From Lingula anatina (lineage: Eukaryota; Animalia; Brachiopoda): a stretch of DNA of 64,000 bases. Below are positions 27,461 to 38,350 of this stretch, piece after piece. Each line of letters starts with the position of its first letter. Position 1 is the stretch's first letter. Made by a program: the position numbers and the translations under genes. Under the pieces are notes generated by a model. The model was not told where the DNA came from. It was given only the letters and a program-made list of their open reading frames with translations, and searched no databases. The stretch covers positions 6,076,001 through 6,140,000 of the forward strand of contig CM120641.1 in assembly GCA_051362555.1 (NCBI GenBank), given 5' to 3'.

Positions 27461-29161
27461 CCCGAAATCATTGAATATCATTCACGTCAGAACTCTGAAA
27501 ACCGTTATAATGAAAATGCTTTAAAAGGATTATTTTTCAAACTATGGATTCAACAATTGTATTGGCCTTCGCTAAAAGTTTGTCTTATAATCTTATATAC
27601 AAAACGCATTTTTATGTCAAGAGATTCGGTGGTGTACCCTTGAAATCACAAATTATATACGCTTACAATATCTTACACGCACGCACTCACACATGCGCTT
27701 CGTTGGCATGCATCACGGTTCAGTTTGGCTGCTCAAGACCCACGCTGTCCGACAACTGTTATTTGTCTGGTGCAAAGTATGGATTATATGTCCAAGCGAT
27801 TATTTTTCTTAATGACAAGAAGATATCTTGTATTGGGAGCAAAAGTTGATCGAAAAAATAGTTAATTTGAACACATCACGAAGATAATATTTAAGGGCAT
27901 GGAAACTGATAACGATATCTACTGTACCTTTATGTCACCTACTAAAAGAGCACAGATTTTGTAAATGAAGAAATAAACCAATAATAGGCCCATTATCTTT
28001 ATTTGTGATTTTTTAAGTACAGCATGGGTCACTTAAATCACTAGACAAAAAGGTGCATAAGCCGTCTATTTTTAAGGCATTTTGCCTTATATTAGCTCTA
28101 AACAATCTTTCAATAAATGTCCCCTCGGGAGTGAGAGGGCAGTTGAAGCAGAAAGCAAATCGTTTTGTTTTTCTTACTGATACATGTATTTGGTACAACA
28201 AACATATAAAAAACGTGTCTGAATAAGTTTGCTTGTGCAAAAATGACAAAGCATATAGAGTTTAATTGGGTGTCGTCTTACAACATTTCTAGAGATGCAC
28301 GTAAGGCTTATTCTTCCATTGTATGATCAACACTTTTTTATATCTGCCTAAGGCGTTTTCCATTGGTTAGCCTGAAAATTATTCCGAAAAACAACCCTAC
28401 AGTGGAGGCGTATTGCCGGATATATACTGATAAAAAATACTTATTGTCTAAATGACACAACGTTACGCCCATTTAGTTATACATCAGTGATAGTAAATGC
28501 GTTCTCCATAAAGTCTTTTCCGCTAATAAACAGTAGATGTAATTTTCCCTTTACATCATGCTTAACGTACATGTATGTATTCAGATGTTTCTGTAATCAC
28601 TTATATAATATGGGATCAGTAACTCTTTTCAACAAAGGGACGAGGCATTATGTTTGTCATGTCCCATGTTTTAATCTCTTTCGCAGCTTGAGAAAAATCT
28701 GCCTGTTTCATTGTTCATCTATCAAGCCTTGAATTTTGATCTAAGTTTTCTTCTAAATTGTGCCGATAATCAGAAGAGGTCTGTTGCAGGATTGTTTTTA
28801 GTTGTTATCTTCTGCGACCAAACTCCCAACGCTATTCCCACCCTCTCTTTATGGATATTTTTTAAAAAATCCTTCATATATTTCAATCATCTAGTTGTAG
28901 GCCATGGTAAGTGAAATTCTACCCAGCCTGTCGGCACAGACAACGCTTAACCGACTATCTTCCTCCCGAGTCCAGATAGCAGATATATCACATGAACTCT
29001 TCCCCCTTGACAGATACAATGGGTATAACCAAAGAAAAAAATTCAAAAACGCAATTTTACGTATTGTGAACGGTTACAACGTAAAGAAAATGTCACTCAC
29101 CACTACTGCACGATAGAACCAAATAAATGACCACAAGGCAAGAGATCGTGGACCGTGGCAT
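1..29161 (-). CDS. PKHD1L1: Fibrocystin-L (PKHD1-like 1), 5' portion; 43 coding exons, continues beyond the left edge
   Basis: Phase-consistent GT-AG exon chain in transcript order: 29101-29161, 22694-22783, 22151-22271, 20419-20518, 20084-20138, 19718-19814, 19450-19506, 18975-19045, 18291-18333, 17914-17984, 17109-17225, 16707-16796, 16113-16381, 15738-15832, 15103-15262, 14263-14374, 13576-13710, 12851-12993, 12249-12473, 11902-12032, 11383-11546, 10924-11075, 10490-10631, 10056-10204, 9455-9686, 8954-9142, 8571-8657, 8105-8226, 7573-7729, 7103-7298, 6472-6698, 5919-6101, 5583-5759, 4839-5333, 3745-4518, 3282-3488, 2962-3108, 2334-2514, 1694-1841, 1108-1264, 839-918, 453-582, <1-189 (~6.9 kb CDS, ~2,300 aa). 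Many IPT/TIG repeats (e.g. ITSVSPARGGTGGGTLLTITGTNFG), PA14 (RMQGYFVPPKNTTYRFYLKGDD) and G8 (WSSRHTWGG...LDLHG), in the fibrocystin-L domain order. Confidence 0.93.
453..1264 (-). other. G8 domain-encoding exons of PKHD1L1
   Basis: WSSRHTWGGDSPPVAGDYVVIQEGQTIYLD...GGKLVFD...IFIADGGALQVGTADAPFQHKAVIELHG...GAKMIAVRNGTLDLHG. Confidence 0.85.
1370..1524. repeat. 79-bp-period intronic tandem duplication
   Basis: TTGATGATAATGGAAAAAGACAAAGAAACTGG...GATTTTGAAAAACT at 1370 and 1449, nearly identical. Confidence 0.9.
1725..1998. repeat. 136-bp tandem duplication spanning a PKHD1L1 3' splice site
   Basis: 1725-1860 vs 1861-1996, with four mismatches found by eye. It includes the acceptor and 5' part of exon 1694-1841. 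Confidence 0.95.
8843..8920. repeat. (GA)n microsatellite
   Basis: Perfect GA run in a PKHD1L1 intron. Confidence 0.97.
9844..10026. mobile_element. Intronic fold-back MITE
   Basis: Nested imperfect inverted arms TTCACAACAG/CTGTTGTGAA, GATCTGC..TCAAAT/ATTTGATCCGCAGATC and ACCCACTTAAA.GCTTG/AAGCATTTAAGTGGGT, with TA/TTA flanks. Confidence 0.65.
15103..16381 (-). other. PA14 domain-encoding exons of PKHD1L1
   Basis: GNRGIYLERWN...YFTTRMQGYFVPPKNTTYRFYLKGDDYAVLFFS...FTLQAGKPYYIAATH is a typical PA14 motif pattern. Confidence 0.75.
22431..22559. mobile_element. Intronic MITE-like inverted repeat
   Basis: TTGGGGGCGTCTCGATAGTCAAAAGGTTCATTGGTCC pairs with GGACCAATGAACCTTCGGACTATTGCAACGGTCCCAA. 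Confidence 0.6.
23575..24300 (+). mobile_element. 5'-truncated non-LTR retrotransposon (LINE) 3' fragment, RTE-X-like, in PKHD1L1 intron 1
   Basis: ORF 23579-24064 reads KLRTYVKFK...KLRVSAHNLSIERGRY...RLCKLC...VEDEFHLLLECKAY, the C-terminal CCHC-type region of a LINE ORF2. An AT-rich 3' UTR ends in AATAAA at ~24291. Clade assignment is from memory. Confidence 0.8.
26975..27012. repeat. (AT)n microsatellite
   Basis: Perfect AT run. Confidence 0.95.
27190..27401. mobile_element. MITE-like element
   Basis: GCCCAACCCAGTTC at the left pairs with GAACGCGGGTTGGGC at the right. Confidence 0.4.
27419..27459. repeat. (GT)n microsatellite
   Basis: Perfect GT run. Confidence 0.95.
29101..29161 (-). 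CDS. PKHD1L1: PKHD1L1 first coding exon (signal peptide MPRSTISCLVVIYLVLSCSS)
   Basis: GCCATG start context, hydrophobic core, strong G|GTGAGT donor. Phase 1 matches the phase-1 acceptor of exon 22694-22783, giving ...SCSSATEAVGASITNVLP. Confidence 0.8.
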
Positions 29162-29300
29162 GGCGAGATCACAGTCACGAATGTTTGATCGATGATGATG
29201 TCAACACTTATACGCAATTCCCAGTGGGGAGCAGCGTGTGTGATTTGAACTCGTGTGACCTGCGATGATCTTCATTACAACGCGTTGTAACAAAGTCTCT

Positions 29301-29309
29301 CTATTTATA
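29301..29309 (-). promoter_or_regulatory. Candidate TATA box for PKHD1L1
   Basis: TATAAATAG on the minus strand, ~140 nt upstream of the ATG in CpG-retaining sequence. A weaker TATAAG lies near 29206-29211. Confidence 0.35.
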
Positions 29310-31397
29310 CGGTTCCCTGTCGCTTTGAGCATGCGCTTGCACAATACGCTTTTTTTCGGGTGCATACAGGTGTATTGATTTGTTTGCGTCGAAGAATGAC
29401 AGCCTAAATACTGGAATACAGAGTTAGAACGTTTGTACCGCAAAAGTTCACTGCGGCCAAACCTTTCAGTCTATTTGGAGAATAAATGCCTTTCATATAA
29501 AGTGCAAAAACAGGCGTTTACGCAACAATGTTTTCAGATGGCAATAAATGACCCGGCCACGGTTACTCAAGGTGAAGACGCCATAGAAATTAGGATAATT
29601 GTGGTTTTTATTCAATATCGACAAATTAAATGCCATTCTCGGGTTTATTACCAACTGCTACGTGCAGCATAGTAAGGTCTTTACATCATCTCAGCGAGAT
29701 TCAGTGCTATTTACCAGAAGTTTTCGAAAGAATTGCACTAAATTCAACAGAAATAAAAAAATGTGAAGGTTGTGAAGGCTTTTTCTACTGCTTTTCTTTC
29801 TGTTCTCTCTGTTGCTTACTTTCTCAATTTTTGTTAAACCCTTTCCCCTTTCATACTTTTATTTTACTCTGGCACCTTGGTGGCCCCTTAGCCGTGGTGC
29901 TAGTGTCTTGTGCATTAATCTGACCCTGGTAGTGCATACCCTCTGGTTTTTCACAGATATTCACAGATATGTCTCTAGATAAATAGGCAGTCATTTTGGT
30001 CTGGGTGGATTTTTCCGCTTTTCCCTATATAATCTGCCACCCTGGTAGAGGGTAGGTAGTGGAGCTGACGCTCATAGTGAGCCTTCATAAGATACCCCTC
30101 ACATGGAAACCTGCACAACCAACACATCTTTTTGTAGCATACAGTGATATGTAATGACAACTATATCTAGTTACACCTGATTATAAGTCAGACACTTCAA
30201 TTTTGCGTTATTCAAATATTTTTACAGGATGATATGTAATCTTCGCATAATCATTGTTTATACTAAATATGTGACATGGAAAATAAATCACTAGTTATCT
30301 TCAGCTAAATTGAGTTTGGTTCTAGAAAAGGTTTGGGGTTTTATTTTTAATATGGTGACCTGCTGATATCATTCAATAGAATTTTGCAGGGTTAAACAAA
30401 TTGTGAGATATAATATAATTTAAAATTGTTTTTTGAATAGGAACACGTTTTTAACGAAATCGCACAAGAAAACTCCGTGAGTAATGCCGGTGTAAGGAGG
30501 GTAAATATCGTAACAGAGAGCATTCGCCCTCCATTAGACTCATACAGGTTAAGGTTAGCTTGGCGTTAGTGGGTCAAAATCTAGGACGCGGCTTATCTGT
30601 GTAGATAAATGGGAACCAGGCCCAGACCTATATCACCGGTTCTAAATTGAACGTAAAGTTCAATAAATTTTCCTGTAACTTTGCGTGACTTATTTCGCCA
30701 AAAATAACAAAAATACGTATGTAATAAATCAATAGCTCTGCAAATCATGAATACACTGAAAAGATGCGGGTATATATTTAGAATTGTGAAATGCACATTT
30801 ATGGAAAATCCGGCAGGATGATCAAAAATTCATGCGCCTTTGGAACAATTATGAAACCTGTTGTTGCGGTAAGCCTATATCATTAATGAATTGCTGATGA
30901 ATGAACGGCGGGCTTTTGACGAAGACGACAAAATAAAAATCAAATCGATCCCAAATATCTATTTGCTCTTTGCAATCGCTCGGCATGCTGACGTGCACGC
31001 ATGCTAGCACAGTCGGAAGAGTGTTTAAGAAGTAAAGGGGTTAAGATGGACATTAAATATTAGATCTGTTCATTCAGTGCACGATTAAGCCGATGTAGGT
31101 CTACATTTATCATGCTAACAATGAATATTGCTGGACTGTCACCGAGGCAAAAATATTTCAAATAATTCCAATGGAATACGACCTATCTGTTAAAAAATGC
31201 GCAAATATTGGTCATCTAAAGAGCTTAAGAAGGCCTACTAAAATATATGTATATTGAAGTAACTGCTTAGGACTATTTTACTCAACTTAAACCAAATAAA
31301 ATAGGCCTACTAAAGTTTGGCAAGTAGTCCGAAGCTTTTATTATTCACAGTTGTGTATTTACCTATTTATCTATTTATTTATTTATCTGTTTGGGTT

Positions 31398-31434
<37 letters not shown>

Positions 31435-31465
31435 GTGGAATTAAATAAAATCCCCATTAATTTAA

Positions 31466-31608
31466 TCTAGGGCGATTTTTATAAATTCGTTTAAAATTAT
31501 GTTTTTTCTTTTTTCTTTTTAAATCATATTAAATTAAAATCGCCAATACATATTCTAAGGCGATTTTAATAAATTCGTTTTAAATGATGTTTTTTCTTTT
31601 TTCTTTTT
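31466..31608. repeat. Diverged ~55-bp direct repeat
   Basis: TCTAGGGCGATTTTTATAAATTCGTTT... at 31466 and TCTAAGGCGATTTTAATAAATTCGTTT... at 31554. Confidence 0.7.
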
Positions 31609-31719
31609 GCGTTATGGTAAACTAGAATGATGTGATTTTTATTTTCATAAACCAGATTCAATCAAGGCGACAGCCGAGCGTGGAAACAAATGTAACGTGG
31701 CCCGATCTTCCCAAGTTTA

Positions 31720-31933
31720 GGGCGTATTCCCAGACATTTAGATCGATCTATCCCCGTGGGGAGTCTCACTAGATTACAGTCAGATAATCCGGCTTAAATG
31801 TCCGTCCCGCCTACTACAAGCTGTAAGGGGGTAATTAACTTTCGTGCCCGCTCGGCTGACAGCTATTTAGCATGAACCCCCAGGGCGTTAGGTCGATCTA
31901 GTTTGGATCGATCTAATCTCTGGGAATGGGGTC
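31720..31933. mobile_element. MITE copy 1 (PIF/Harbinger-Tourist-like)
   Basis: TIRs GGGCGTATTCCCAGACATTTAGATCGATC...GATCGATCTAATCTCTGGGAATGGGGTC, flanked by TTA on both sides. Confidence 0.7.
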
Positions 31934-31936
31934 TTA

Positions 31937-32162
31937 GGGTGCTTTCCCAGAGATTTAGATCGATCTAGAGATTAAGATTTAGATCGACCTAACTCCCTGG
32001 GGGTTCACGCTAAATTGCAGCCAGCCGAGCGGGCACCATAGTTAATTACCCCCTTACAGCTTTTAGTAGGCGGGACAGACGCTTAAGCCGGCCAAGCTGA
32101 CAGTAATCTAGTGAGACTCCCCACAGGGATAGATCGATCTAAAAATCTATGGAAATGGGGTA
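31937..32162. mobile_element. MITE copy 2, inverted relative to copy 1
   Basis: The internal sequence is the reverse complement of 31720-31933 (e.g. GCTGTAAGGGGGTAATTAAC vs GTTAATTACCCCCTTACAGC). Flanked by TTA. Confidence 0.7.
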
Positions 32163-32203
32163 TTAGATACCACCACATTTTCATTATGCATCAACTTAAA
32201 AGA

Positions 32204-32440
32204 CAGTGGCGGATTAAGGGGGGGGGGCAGGGGGTCCTGACCCCCTCCTTCGGTTTCTGAAAAATAAATCACACTTATATTCCCCTGTTGAAATTACAAT
32301 ATTGACTAGCTAAATCATAGTTCTAAACTGCGGCTTATCTGTGGCACTAAATGGCACTGTTTGCCCTCCAAAACACCAAAATATTTGGGGCCCTGCAGCG
32401 GGACCCGAACCCGACGCCGGGGGGGGGGGGGGGGGCGGTT
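32204..32440. mobile_element. Degenerate CAGTGGCGGAT-type MITE
   Basis: Starts CAGTGGCGGATTAAGGGGGGGGGCAGGGGGTCCTGACCCC, the same family style as 34710. The right end is unclear. Confidence 0.5.
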
Positions 32441-33507
32441 TTGTATCTGAAGCCTGTCATTCCTAAAAAAACGCCCACCTCCCCCCCCCCCTTGAAATAA
32501 TCATGGAACCTCACCTGTCATACCACCTGTAAACCGCGTCCAGCAGACAAAAATGGTATACGTTACCGAAACATACGTTACCATTTAGAGCTCTTTACAT
32601 AATGTAAAGACATGGTAAATTAAAAATTCAAGTAAAATTGAGACAGTCGTAGATTTTTGTTCTATACGCATATATGTTTAAAAAAATTGAATACAACTTT
32701 GAATTCATTCAATTTTAATTAATTAATTTATTTATTTATTTATTGACACTTCAGCATGTGAAATGCACCGCTATATTGGGATTGGGTGATACTGTACATG
32801 TACATCCAAACTGGAGATGGTAGAAAGTTTCAATTTGAACTGACGCTTCTGCGGCTCCGTGGTAATCTGTTGTCTTTGACACAGGTAGACCCTTGTACAT
32901 GTACGATGTTCGAATTTTAGAATGACATTTGATTACTATCAGAGGAAAAACGTGCGTACAGAGGGTGGGTGCAAAAGAATCCCCCCCCCAAAAAAAAAAA
33001 AAAAAATCCAAAACCATCATCAACCATGGTAACAGAAAGTCACGAGTTCGAATCACCAATGACGCATGTCAGTCCGTCACGACTGCGACAATGGAATCGG
33101 GAAGTCACGAAAGAAAGGCAGGCTCTCGTGGGTCTGTGCAAGTTACCTTTTTGCATGAAAAAAACGGTATATAGTTTAGAATAACTTAAGTGATCGATTT
33201 GACAACTTATTGCTGGTCATTATCATAAAATCTGCGTTGTCAATAACCTTTCTTTTCTCTTCACTTAAGTCCTTAAAGGGATAATAACTCTTCGTATGAG
33301 ATTTATATTTCACAATAAAAATATTGTGAATAACTCACAGAAATATAATATATTCTGTTTTACCACAAAAACGGCAGTTATAGCTATTATTCTGACATCT
33401 GAGCTGGTCTTCAGACCACGTGACCTCCATTGACGGCTATACTCTGTTATAATTTCTTAAGAGATTTAAACAAAAAACCAAACTTTTTTAGAAAAAAAAA
33501 CAGGGAC

Positions 33508-34365
33508 TAATAATAATAATAATAATAAAACACTTCTTTAAAACCGCGCTACACATGCGTCTCAGCGCTGTTTACATAAAAAATAAAAACTCCACAGATA
33601 AATTAAAACCAGTATAGACTAAAAACAGAATACTTAAAAATTTTTAAAACTAAAAAGATGCTATAAATTAAAGTATTCTCTAAATAAAAAAAAGTTTTTA
33701 AATTCTTCTTAAAACAGTAATATGAGTCATCCAGAGACACATTAGATCTTGTGATAAAATTAGACCATAAAATCGGTGCACAAATCTCGAAACTTCTGTG
33801 TCCATATGTTTTAAGAGTCTTTTTGGTGTCTTTTCGCTTAAGTTGAAGTTGTCCACTAGATCGAAGTGATCTGATAGGAGTTAAAAGTTCTATGGTAGAA
33901 TTTAAGTAAAATGGACAGTCGCCCTTTAAAATCTTAAAAGTCAAAAGTAATATTTTAAAAACTATTCGTTGAGACACGGGTAGCCAGTGGAGGTTTCGCA
34001 GAATTGGTGTGATGTGGTCGGACCTCTGAGCTTTACAGAGGAGACGAGCAGCAGAGTTCTGAATTGATTGTAGCTTTTCCATTTGATAGTTAGGTATTCC
34101 AAACAATAGGCTATTGCAATAATCCAGTCTAGAGGTTACAAATGCATGGATGAGTAATTCAGTTTGCTTGGTGTTAATAAGGTGAAAGATCTTGGATATC
34201 CGTTGGAGACTAAAATATGCTGTTTTACATACTTTGTTAATGTGTGATGTCATTTCACATTTGTTATTAAAAATAACACCCAAGTTCCTTACTTCTGTTG
34301 TTGGTTTTATAAAAGTATCCTATATAACTATGAATGTAAAAATGGATTCATTAACCATTGGTAAG
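33508..34365 (-). mobile_element. 5'-truncated L2/CR1-group LINE 3' fragment
   Basis: ORF 33603-34283 contains LIHAFVTSRLDYCNSLL...LQSIQNSAARL...HITPILRNLHWLPV..RIVFKILLLTFK, the L2/CR1 ORF2 C-terminus. The frame degrades after APILWSN. A 3' GCGC stem region and a (TTA)n tail lie at 33508-33527. Confidence 0.88.
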
Positions 34366-34709
34366 TATGGTGCTTAGGCGGGGATGGTCATCGATCTCTA
34401 TCTTTTACCAGCTACACCACAGATCAAACTTGAATTGAGTCAATAGTTAACCCGGTATGGCGTCATCAAAAAGTGCTATCTTCTCTGTGGGAATATCGGC
34501 AAGAAGTAGGCTATATTTCCTTTTTTTTCGAAAGTCACGTCGCCGCTATTTCTTTACCCAATCATACATTTTGTTTTTTATCCCCCCTTCTTGGGCCCCT
34601 GCTTATCAAGACTGTTCAAATGGTCATACAGTACTCAACAGTAGACATTTAAAATGGCAATGTCCTCAAATCGTAAACCGCCTAGGGGGACTAGGCACTA
34701 GGGCCGAGG

Positions 34710-34942
34710 CAGGGGCGGATCCAGGATTTTTTGAAGGATACGAAGCCGGACCGTTGGCGTGGGGTTCAGTCCCTAAAATGTTTGGTATTGTAGAGGGCGA
34801 ACGAAACCATTTGGTACGGTTTAGAACCATAAATCAGCTAGTCAAAATTCTAATTACAAAAGGGGAAATTAGTGTAATTTTTTTCAGAGACTGAAGGGGG
34901 GATCCGAACTCCCCTGACCCCCCCCCTCTAAATCCGCCATTG
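34710..34942. mobile_element. hAT-like MITE with CAGGGGCGGAT TIRs and 5-bp TSD
   Basis: CAGGGGCGGATCCAG...AAATCCGCCATTG, flanked by CGAGG direct repeats at 34705-34709 and 34943-34947. Confidence 0.7.
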
Positions 34943-36009
34943 CGAGGCCTGTCATTCCTAAAAAAGCGTTTTACTCACTTTAAAAATTCGATCAGCACTG
35001 GTTTTGTTCTTTAATTCTTTTCCTACAAGTATAAGATTGTAAAAAAAAAACAAAAAAAAAAACGTGATAATCTTCTGTATAGAGCGTTTATTTTATTTTA
35101 TTATTATTTTTGTGTGTGTAATTTTAGTTTGCTTGTCACTGAATATCATAAAAGGAAAAAACACACCGACAGTGGGCCTAAAAAAGCATTTTAAATGAAC
35201 TATTTTTTTTTCGTGGTGCAAGATTTTTGTCAGAAATGACAAAGTATACACTATAGATGTTTCATTTGACAACATAAAACCCCTTGTTACCTTGTTACAG
35301 GTATAGGGGCCTAATCTTTTTTGGACATTTTTCCGGGGAACATCCATTACATTGACACAAAGCCTCCCGTGTTACAGTTAAAATATTTATAAAGCCATCC
35401 TTACGTCAGCTATAATTAACAATAACAAAATCGCCACAAAATACATTGAAACACAATACAATTCCCCGGGGCATACGTTACCGGAACATACGTGCATGTT
35501 ACAGAAAATCCCGTTTATAATGCTTCTTACTAATCCATATATAATAGAGCATGATAGAAATTAGGCCTACATGTGGATTTTTTTCTGTACACACAAAACG
35601 TTCTTTTACAAAAGATTGAATACAACTTTGAATTCATTCAGTTTCATTATTCTGATTTTAAAGACTTGTGACATTTCAGCTTGTGAAATGCACCTCTATA
35701 TTATTATTCGGTTTGGGTGCAAAACGACCTGGTATGGGGAGGGGGCAGGGGTAGCCTACTTAGAAATTGCGTTGGAGGAGAAGAGTTCAGCACAACAACG
35801 CCGCTATCACAATACAGCATATTCTCTGTTTTGTCTGAGGATTGCAAAAGGCTCACACGACTGGGATTGGAATCACTTAAATACGGTGAACCTAAAATAA
35901 AATAATTTTTTATATACTTTTCCAAAAGTCCGCCTCTTTTAAGCAGGAGCACCTGAAATGGATAACTGTGACTCACCGCTTGTAAGCGAGGTCATTGTGT
36001 GTACTCCGT

Positions 36010-36124
36010 GATGATTGGATTGGAGAGTAAGCAGTCACTTCCGCCTGTAATCAAAAATATCCTGTTGTCCATTACTACACTAACGTAGACACACGTCTTA
36101 TTATATGGATATTTAAAGGTAAGC
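36010..36124 (+). promoter_or_regulatory. Candidate Kir promoter and first non-coding exon
   Basis: Two ATTGG (CCAAT) boxes at 36014-36023, ETS-type CACTTCCGCC at 36036-36045 and an AAG|GTAAGC donor at 36118/36119. It lies where CpG-rich sequence gives way to CpG-poor sequence. Confidence 0.35.
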
Positions 36125-37957
36125 AGCTTAAATATCTAAATGATATTTCAAGATTGTTCATGAAAAATAAGTGATAATCCTTCTGTTGATCTGTAGTAAA
36201 ATGGCCTCTATATAATATTAAATCAGGGCTTCGCTCATAAGTTTCAACAGTAACTACTGGTACATGTAAGTTAGGCCATAACGCATTGCTATAATCAAAT
36301 AAGGTTATTGTGGGGGCAACAAGTCATATTACATTATTTTCCTCTCACTTTCTGTTACCTTAAAAACTCATTTATCCTTGTCTGATATGTATAGAAATAT
36401 GAAATATCACCGCGTGCCGCACAGCATTATCACAAGGTAAAGATTTGACCTCGTACAACTACAAGTGATATATACTTGAATTAATGACTGCATTTACGGT
36501 TTAGTGTATTGCAGGTGTGTAACTTTCATGTAAGTTCACCGTAAATGCCCTGAACAATAGGTACATGCATTCTATGATTGTATGATCGTGCTTAAAATAT
36601 ATTGATTTTGAGTTAGCCAAGATACATATACATATGTAACCACAATTGAGGGTTACACACACATGCATATGTGTGTACATACACACACACTCAAGCACAC
36701 ACACTCACACACACACAAATGAACACACACATATACTAGTACACAGAGATTTCAGATTGAATTGCGTTAATCATTATAACCCCTGATAAGGGTTTGCATC
36801 TGTAAATTGATATTCAGACAGGAAAGATCAGATATACAGTGACAGGATACTTTTTCTCAAATTAATGATCAGCTTGTCTTTGATATCAATAAGTCCTAAA
36901 CGACCTAAATATACCAACAATTACGTGAGTTTCTGACAGCATTCCAGTTGCTATAGTGACATTTCTTCAGGATTAAGGAGATAGATCGAAATATATAGCA
37001 AAGCTTGTTTCATGATTTTGAGCATAACTCCATTCGTCATTTGGTGAAATGTTGACTAAATATTAATTCAAAATATTGAAGTTGTCTTTCTGGTTTAAAG
37101 AGTAAACTAGGTTATTTAGAACTCGTAGCATATAAACTGCACACTGTTGGGAAATACCTCAAATAAGTCAAGTAAGTCATGCAGTTTGTTGCGAAATCCC
37201 TGATTGGAGAAAACTTAGTCAGCATCCTCATCTTTACTAAGTGAAAAGTGAAGGGTATACTTTGTTTTGAACAATGGTAATGCCACTTTATTCTGCAACA
37301 AAAGCTGTTGGAATGTGGATAAACTAGTCAGAGGTCTACTGGAGGTAAAGATATTTCATCTATATGTGCCACCCTTACATTCTGTGAATTTGTGTGTTAT
37401 CTAAATCTCTTGTTTTTACAACTCTGATATCACAGCACTTGAATTGGCATTGACTTAATTTGCTACATGGTACCTGGATAAAAATGTGATAGCATAGTCT
37501 GTTTTGATCATAGAGCAGTTATAGTATATAATGGCTTACAGATTGCTCTGATTGATATATATCATCCATCTTTTAAATAGGCTTAAATTTGATGTAGTAT
37601 GACCATGAAGTAGCTTTGGAATAAATTTTCCTAGAACAATTGTACTAGCAGTGTGCATAATTATATCTATTCTTGGAAGAACTTCAGCAAGTGAGTGTGC
37701 ATCGGTTAAGTATTACTGTCACTGGATTCTTCATCTTTTTTTAATGTAGATTTATATTTTGGGTATCAGATGAGATACAGGGCATGCAGTTGTGAACTTT
37801 GCAAATTTAAATATGGAACAAGCTTGAAAAATATAAAACAGCAAGCCAACTTTAAAATTGTGGAGAGTAAATGGTTGTCACATGTTTTGTAAGAAACAGG
37901 AGAGTTGTAAATCTGCATTTCTGAGAAATAGTGGATGCTCTGGTCAATAAGAGACTT

Positions 37958-38107
37958 GGGCCCCGTATCTCAAAAGCATTGCGTATTGCGAATCGCTATA
38001 TCAAACAGAGGCTACAATGTATTATATGGGACGAGTATGGGCGAGTTATGGAATCAAGACGCTTGCGCACATGCACAACACAGCGAACCTTTCGAGATAC
38101 AGAGCCC
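37958..38107. mobile_element. MITE-like element
   Basis: TIRs GGGCCCCGTATCTCAAAAG / CTTTCGAGATACAGAGCCC. A CpG-containing block inside a CpG-poor intron. Confidence 0.55.
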
Positions 38108-38259
38108 TGATCTCATTAAGGTGGGACACTGGCTTAGCTATACTGTAACAGACAAGGGAAACTTCCGATCCGACCTGCAGATTTCTTGTAGTGCAGGTCC
38201 TCTAGACCTACAGTGCATCCAAAGTTTTCCCCATGTCATGCAGTAAATTTTTGTCAATC

Positions 38260-38350
38260 ACAGTTTGTGAAAACCTGGAAATATCTTGGCCACTAATTAA
38301 CAAAGTGATGTCGATGAAAACATAACCTTCTGTGTTAGTGGAGGTAACTA
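38260..38350 (-). mobile_element. Helentron/HINE-like terminal fragment
   Basis: Minus strand TTACCTCCACTAACACAGAAGGTTATGTTTTCATCG resembles the TTACCTCCGCCAAGGAGGTTATGTTTT terminus of widespread non-autonomous Helitron-type elements (recalled, not searched). Confidence 0.35.

Noticed and set aside
35953-35976. Apparent GTGAGT...TTTCAG intron on the minus strand
   Set aside because: Only 24 nt, too short for spliceosomal removal.
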